A DNA stretch of 64,000 bases from Blepharisma stoltei ATCC 30299 (Eukaryota > Protista > Ciliophora), in the NCBI GenBank assembly GCA_965603825.1, contig CBFDEM010000038.1, positions 186,001 to 250,000 of the forward strand, in the 5' to 3' direction. The notes beneath the pieces are model-generated. The model had not been told where the DNA came from. It saw only the letters and a program-made list of their open reading frames with translations, and did not search any database. A program made the position numbers and the translations under genes. Below are positions 58,148 through 64,000 of this stretch, piece by piece; position 1 is the first letter of the stretch, and the number at the start of each line of letters is the position of its first letter.

Positions 58148-59854
58148 ATGGACGATAGAAAAACCCCAAGCTTTTTAATTTCTGGAGATGTCTCAGCAAT
58201 TGACCCAGATATTTCAGACGATTTTTTTCGGCCAATTGGAAATGATAGAGGAGATGAAATTTTGGTGGTCTCAATCGATATTGGAGATGGCAGGCATGAT
58301 CAGTTAATTGTTTGTGAAAACGATAATCCTGAAGATATTGTATTTGAGTTTTGTGAAAGAAATAATCTGAACGAATCAATTCATTTTGCTTTACTGCAGC
58401 AAATTTTAAGCATAATCCCTGAAGAAGCTTCTACAACTGTTACTCCTAAAAAAATTAGAAGCTCTATGATGCACAATGGATTCACAAGTGCTACATCTGA
58501 ATACACATATCGTCCTAAGATTAACAATAACTCCAAAAAAATTGTTAGTGAAAAGACAAAACAAAATGTCTATGAAAGACTTTATAAAGTAAAAGCCAAT
58601 AAAAACTCCAAGCTTGAAGAGACCTCAACTAAGCCAAAGCCTGCTACTTTTAATGCAAAAAATGAAAGTGCAGGAAAGCAGCTGTATTATAGAGGATTAA
58701 CGTTGCAACAAAAAACGAAAAGATATGTAGAACGTTTAAAAAAAGAAAAATTGGAACAAGAAATGAGGGAGGTTACTTTTAAACCTAGAACAAACTCCAG
58801 TGGTGGGATTAGAAATAAAACTCCAGAGATACAATTATTGAAAAAACATCAAGAAAGCAATGAAAAAATTAAAAAATTAAAACTTGAAAAAAGAAGATCA
58901 GAATTAGAAGGCTGCACCTTTACCCCAAAAACCAATACAAAGCGAAGTGCTCGAAAACTAAATCAATCCGCTGATAAATGTATAGAATTGTATAAAAGAT
59001 CAACATCTATCCAGACACAAAGAGAAAAGCGAGCTTATGAAATGTAAAGAATATTTAGGCTAAAGTTGACATGTCCATTTACACCTAAAATAATTCCATG
59101 TCCAAGCAGTTCTAAAAATACTAAAAGAGATTTGGATTTCACTTGTGGCAAAACACTAGATGAGTATATAGAAGAGAAAAAACAATATCAAAAAACAGAT
59201 CTAAAAACAAATCAGCCATGGTTTACACCAAAAACAGGAAGACCTCCATCACATAGAGATATCAGTCCAGGCAACATTTGGGATTATTTATATTCTAAAA
59301 CTTCACGATCAAATAGTCTTGAACCTGAAATAAAGCCTATTTTAACTGATGAAAATTCAGAAAAAATTATTTCAACTATTAAAAGGGTCAGGTTTTTTGA
59401 TATTTTCAGCCAGCTTGGGCCAGATGAATCAGGAAGAATCAGCTCAGAAACCATTAAAAAATCAACTTTACAGTCTACCATCAGAGCTATTATCGATCCA
59501 TTAATTACAGAACTAGCCCAACTAAATGAAAATCTTGACTTCGAAGAATTTTATGATTCTATGAACGCTCTTTTTAGGAGGCTAACTCCTGGAGAAAGGA
59601 GCATTATTTTAAAAATTCGTAAATCGAAAGAGATTGATGAAAGCAATAAGCTTGCTAATAAATCGAGTCTTTCAAGATCTTTTAGTGCTTCAGGAATGTA
59701 TGAAAGGGAAAAGATGAGAGTAAAAATGCTGACTGAAAAATTTGATGAAATCAGAGCAGAAAAGCAAGCTGAAGAAATAAAAAAATGTACATTCAAGCCA
59801 AATATTCATAAATGAACACCAACAAATTCAAGCAGAAGAGTTCTACAGTCTTAG
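58148..59854 (+). CDS. Uncharacterised protein with an N-terminal PFU-like domain and CTFxP repeats, about 563 aa
   Basis: Intron 59044-59058, TGA 59813, TAG 59852; repeats YTYRPKI, VTFKPRT, CTFTPKT, CPFTPKI, CTFKPNI. Confidence 0.78.
59044..59058 (+). other. 15-nt intron GTAAAGAATATTTAG
   Basis: Removes an in-frame TAA joining two in-frame ORFs. Confidence 0.85.
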
Positions 59855-60001
59855 ACTTTAAATTAAATTGTAACTATTCAGCAGATCATATAAGTTTTAA
59901 TTTAATCAAATATAAGGCTTAAATATCTGCATGTATATTTTTATAATTATAAACACATCATTAAAGGTTTATATTTAGACAAATAATATACATTATAAAA
60001 A

Positions 60002-61768
60002 ATGAGATTTCAACCCAGCATGATATTAGAGCAATCCGAAAGGCTAAGCAGGATTTCAGAAGGTGCAAGTCTCCCATCTCATCTTATTTCTCAAGCTCCA
60101 TCAAGCTTTAAATCAAAAGTAGTAGATTTACTATCAAGGCTATGGAATTTTTTGCTACCGAAATCTGAAATTAACTCAATTACTAGATCTAGTTCATTAT
60201 TTGAGTCACTTAAAGGTGTAAAATCAATAGACTCTTTCAATGAAACGATAACATCTGAAGATGAATTAGTCATAAATGATGTCCAATTAGAAGACAATCG
60301 ATATAAAGAAATTTATGATCAAAAATGATCAGACAAGAATGAACCTTGCAAAAGAAAGAAAAAAATATTCAATGATTTACCTGCAAAGAAAAGAAAAATC
60401 GCTGAGGATAAATCAATAAAAAATTCAATTAAGAAAGACGAGAGCATAGAAGTTAATTTTGATGTCAACACTCCTTCATGGGAAAAATTCAAAATCCCCA
60501 AAGAAGTGTTGCCTTCTTATAAAAGAGCAATTTTAGCTGCTTATACAAAGCAAAATCCTTGCATAAATGCAATTTTTTCTAAAAATTTTGAGCTTGGCTT
60601 TCCAGGAAAAGTATTTAAGACAATTGACATGAGCAATGAGTCATTAGATATCTCACAAAATACTGATTTAACAGAAAATAAAATAAACTTCAATATTTCT
60701 GACGATCAATCTGTAGCCTTAAGCGATGATTCACTAATAGCTACTCCATCTGATTCCCCTAAACCATCCCCAAGGATTTCTCCTAGGATATCTCCAGCAC
60801 AATCTCCAAAAAATTCCCCTTTGCTGCTACCTCAGTCTAATTCTAATAAAAATGTTACTCCAGAAAAGGCAAAAAATCCTAATCTTGAGCTTGAAAGCCC
60901 TATAGCAATCAGAGCAGAAGCACCCAAAATGTGAGGCCGGGGAAATTCTAAAATTATTGAAACAGCACAAAGCCCACAATTTGGAATATTTTTAAAAGAA
61001 ACCGAAGAGCCCAGAAACAAAACTTCAGATTTCCTTTCTGGGATCTCAGAAACAATTGCTGAAGAAGATGAAAAACAAGAAAACAAAACTGAAAGTATGG
61101 AAATTTCAAATGTAAAACATGATGAAACTAGAGAAATTAAAGAATTATCATTACCACCAAGTATAGCGATTCAAGGAAATAAACCTATTTCACTATTACA
61201 AATTTCTTCTGAAGAGGCAAAAAAAGAAAACCCTGCTTTTGTAAATCCAGAAATAAATCCTTCTCAAAATCCATTTTTGAACCCAAATGTGGTAGTAGGA
61301 GCAAAGTCTCACTTTGTTTTTGGATCAAGCTCAGCAGCCCCTCCTAGTTATAAGAATCCGTTTCAAGCTCCTCAGCTCTCAGTTGCAGCTACAACAAATC
61401 ATGCTCCTGCTGAAGATATTGATATGAAAGACTCACCAAAACTTCAGCCCCTTTCAAGCCCTAAGCTTCAGCAGGCTCCATTTCCTATGTTTTCATCTCC
61501 AACCTATACTTCGCCAGCACTATTTTCATCTCCTCCATTTCCTGTTCCAAATCAAATACAGTCTCCTCCTTTTCCAGTTACTCCTACATTCAGCCAATCT
61601 CCACAATTTCCGACCTCCCCAGCTTCTTCTACTATAAATTTGCCTTTTAACCCTCCTTTTGTGGGCACAAATTCTTTCATGCCAAGTATTGGATCAAGCA
61701 CCGGCTCAACTGGAGGCTTTAGTCTTGGAATTTTGCCAGAAGGTAAAAGGTCTTCAAGAAGAAAATAA
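60002..61768 (+). CDS. Disordered S/P/F-rich protein, candidate Nup1/Nup153-like nucleoporin, 588 aa
   Basis: Three in-frame ORFs joined by TGA 60326 and 60932; bipartite NLS-like KRKKK-x7-KKRK; ends GGFSLG...KRSSRRK. Confidence 0.65.
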
Positions 61769-61925
61769 TTAATGCACTAATTAACTTGAAACTAAAACTT
61801 TTTATTTTTTTTAATTTGTAGTCTTTCACATTTTATGCTATGGATTTATCTTTAATTTATATTTATGTAAGAACTCTGAATAAAGATTTAATAAACCACG
61901 CATAAATTGTTCAGTAATAAAAAAT

Positions 61926-62762
61926 ATGGGATCTTGTAAATCAAAGCAAAGATATAGCATAAGCTTTTCCAGAAGCAGCACCAGAAAACTCACACAAACC
62001 ACCCTTATATATGAGAGGCAAAACACAGTGAACACCACAATTGTACCACTAGCAACAACAAATAAGCCTAACCGAAGGCTTCTGTTAGACTATTACGCTA
62101 ATGAAAGCACGAAAATGCCGGATGAGATTAAAAAATATTATGAAGCGATTTTTGCCCAAGAAGAACTTGAAGTTCCTGACATTGACCTTGAACATGTTTC
62201 GTTTGACTTGAAATCAATTTACAACTTTAAGCTGATTTTGAATTTTTTTCAAAATATCCGTATTTTAAATCTTGGCTACACAAATATTACATCTTCAGAT
62301 TTAAAGAGGATATATAAGCCTATCGAAAGTTTAGGTTTATTAGAAACTTTATCGTTGAAAAATAACAAAATTGATCCTTCCGGTGGGGAATATTTGTACA
62401 AAATTATTAAACACCTATTTAATTTGAAAAACCTTTATTTGCACAATAATCAGCTTGGATGCGAAGGGCTTATTAAATTTTGTGGAGGATTACAAAATCT
62501 GAGTAAGCTTGAAAAGCTCACTCTAGATAATAATAACATTCAAAATGAGGGAGGATTTAAGTTGCTTGAATCAATAAGCAATTTGAAAGAACTAGCTTGT
62601 ATTGGTCTCAGTGAAAATGAGCTAACGTCAGAAATCGGAAAAACACTTGTAGAAGCTGTAAAAAACTTCCCAAAGCTCACAGTCCTCCGACTTGAGAGCA
62701 CAAAGCTGCACCCCAAGTATCTAATGATTATTGAAAATCAATTAAAACACACAGTTAATTAA
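61926..62762 (+). CDS. RNI-like leucine-rich repeat protein
   Basis: 28-aa LxxLxLxxNxI repeats; start MGSCKS. Confidence 0.85.
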   Translation: MGSCKSKQRYSISFSRSSTRKLTQTTLIYERQNTVNTTIVPLATTNKPNRRLLLDYYANESTKMPDEIKKYYEAIFAQEELEVPDIDLEHVSFDLKSIYNFKLILNFFQNIRILNLGYTNITSSDLKRIYKPIESLGLLETLSLKNNKIDPSGGEYLYKIIKHLFNLKNLYLHNNQLGCEGLIKFCGGLQNLSKLEKLTLDNNNIQNEGGFKLLESISNLKELACIGLSENELTSEIGKTLVEAVKNFPKLTVLRLESTKLHPKYLMIIENQLKHTVN

Positions 62763-62805
62763 TAAAAACATTTTCCCATAAATTTTTCAATTAAAATTAA
62801 TTAAA

Positions 62806-63273
62806 ATGCAAAGAACTGCTTATCATGATGTTATGCCGAAAACCCTTTATTATAGAACTAACGGCACAGGCCGCGACACTTATATTGCATATGATAACGG
62901 AGGCGTTTTTCAATCTACTTCAAAGTATCCTAACAGCCAAACAGGAAAATATTGAATAAGGCCAAAATCGTCATATTCACGACCTTCTGCAAAGTCGTTA
63001 AGATATTCTTCAGATGGGTCTGGAAGGGATAGCTATGTAAAGTATGGGGATGGAGGGCTTCATGCTGCAAGCACGCCCAGAGACTCTTTGTCTACTTTTA
63101 GAGAAAGCTTAAGGAGCAACGATTGCATCACGATGAGAAAAACGATTTCTGACCCTTTTTCGTGGGCACAGCTGACTTGGAGCGATAATAGAACAAGAAG
63201 CATTAGCAGAGAGAAGAAAAGAAGGGTTCAAGATTGCGTTGAGAGACTTTACTATACTAAAAGAAGTCGCTAA
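62806..63273 (+). CDS. Small protein with two Yxx(N/D)G(T/S)GRD(T/S)Y...GG repeats, 155 aa
   Basis: ATG 62806, one TGA=Trp, in frame with ORF 63088-63273; YRTNGTGRDTYIAYDNGG and YSSDGSGRDSYVKYGDGG. Confidence 0.8.
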
Positions 63274-63483
63274 CTTATAAAATTTTCAAGATGGATGCGT
63301 TTTCTCGAATATAAATTTTTTGATGTGATAATTATTTTGTATAATATGCATATTTTTACTGTTATAATATAAGCACAAACAATAATTATCATAGAGAATT
63401 TATCAAGTAGATTCTTTATATATCTATATTATTTTGCATCAAAAAAATTACTGCAGTTTTACGCTGTTAAAAATAAAAAAGAC

Positions 63484-64000
63484 ATGTCTGAGAAACCATT
63501 TAAAGGATTTACTTATGGGAAAGTCAAAGAAAAAAGTAACCAACCTAAAGTACAGCTTGAGTTTATGAATTTGCTACTTGAAATAGTTAGTAAACTGCCG
63601 CAAAAGATTTCACTGAACATCCCAGAAACTATTATTTATGGCTGCGGAAACCAAGACCCACATATGATTTTTACAAATGACTTAGGCCATTTGATATCTA
63701 TCAAAGCATCCAAAACCAGCTTGTAATCTTTATTCAGAATCCATCGATTTTTTAAAAGGTGCTACTATATGAAAAGAAATCCTTTTCCAGCTATAATATA
63801 TAAATATGATAAAGGGAGTTTGATGGATTCTTGTAAAGCAATGATGAGTGCTAAAGAAGGCCTTAAACTGTGAAAAACAAAAATAACAGCACAAGAGCCA
63901 ATTTTAATTCAAAGATATATACCGCCTTGCGCGATGTATACATCCAAAGTTCGAGTATTTTATGCTCCTGCAAAAGGAGTTGTGCAATGCAAATTAATGA
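63484..64000 (+). CDS. Hypothetical protein (5' part; possibly ATP-grasp-like), continues past the window end
   Basis: Intron 63723-63737 and one TGA keep the frame open to 64000; IPETII...ILIQRYIPP...KVRVF. Confidence 0.7.
63723..63737 (+). other. 15-nt intron GTAATCTTTATTCAG
   Basis: Removes an in-frame TAA. Confidence 0.85.

Noticed and set aside
1-64000. TGA-interrupted genes as pseudogenes or selenoproteins
   Set aside because: The TGAs fall at conserved Trp positions, not Cys positions, in many essential genes, with no accompanying decay.
1-64000. CRISPR arrays, operons or prokaryotic defence islands
   Set aside because: No repeat-spacer arrays were seen, and the gene content and spliceosomal introns are eukaryotic.

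Overview
This is AT-rich, very gene-dense eukaryotic DNA, most consistent with the somatic (macronuclear) genome of a heterotrich ciliate of the Blepharisma type. Two sequence properties explain why the ORF track is fragmented. (1) TGA is read as Trp: it falls at conserved Trp positions in Myb repeats, kinases, SAP18, MORN repeats and RNF213, while genes end in TAA/TAG. (2) Genes carry tiny 15-16 nt spliceosomal introns; I found about 20, and all sixteen 15-mers have A at position 10. Re-reading by hand gives about 43 protein genes and one tRNA-Ser(TGA). Recognisable genes: two kinases, kinesin, a peptidase S11 DD-carboxypeptidase, a nucleolin-like protein, CC2D1/Lgd, a BART-domain protein, an EEF1AKMT4-like methyltransferase, eIF2B-alpha, SNAPC4, ADSS, SHMT, LYAR, IFT56, CTF18, SAP18, PTPDC1, a MORN protein, an E(z)-like SET methyltransferase, an R2R3-Myb and an LRR protein. 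The most notable items are hidden by the code: a giant RNF213-like AAA+ gene, an unannotated stand-alone catalytically dead NSF-D1 protein, a domesticated FAR1-like Mutator transposase with a degenerate DDE triad, a double claudin-like membrane protein with a RING-H2 split by two stop-containing micro-introns, and non-canonical micro-introns. All family assignments come from motif recognition, not database searches.
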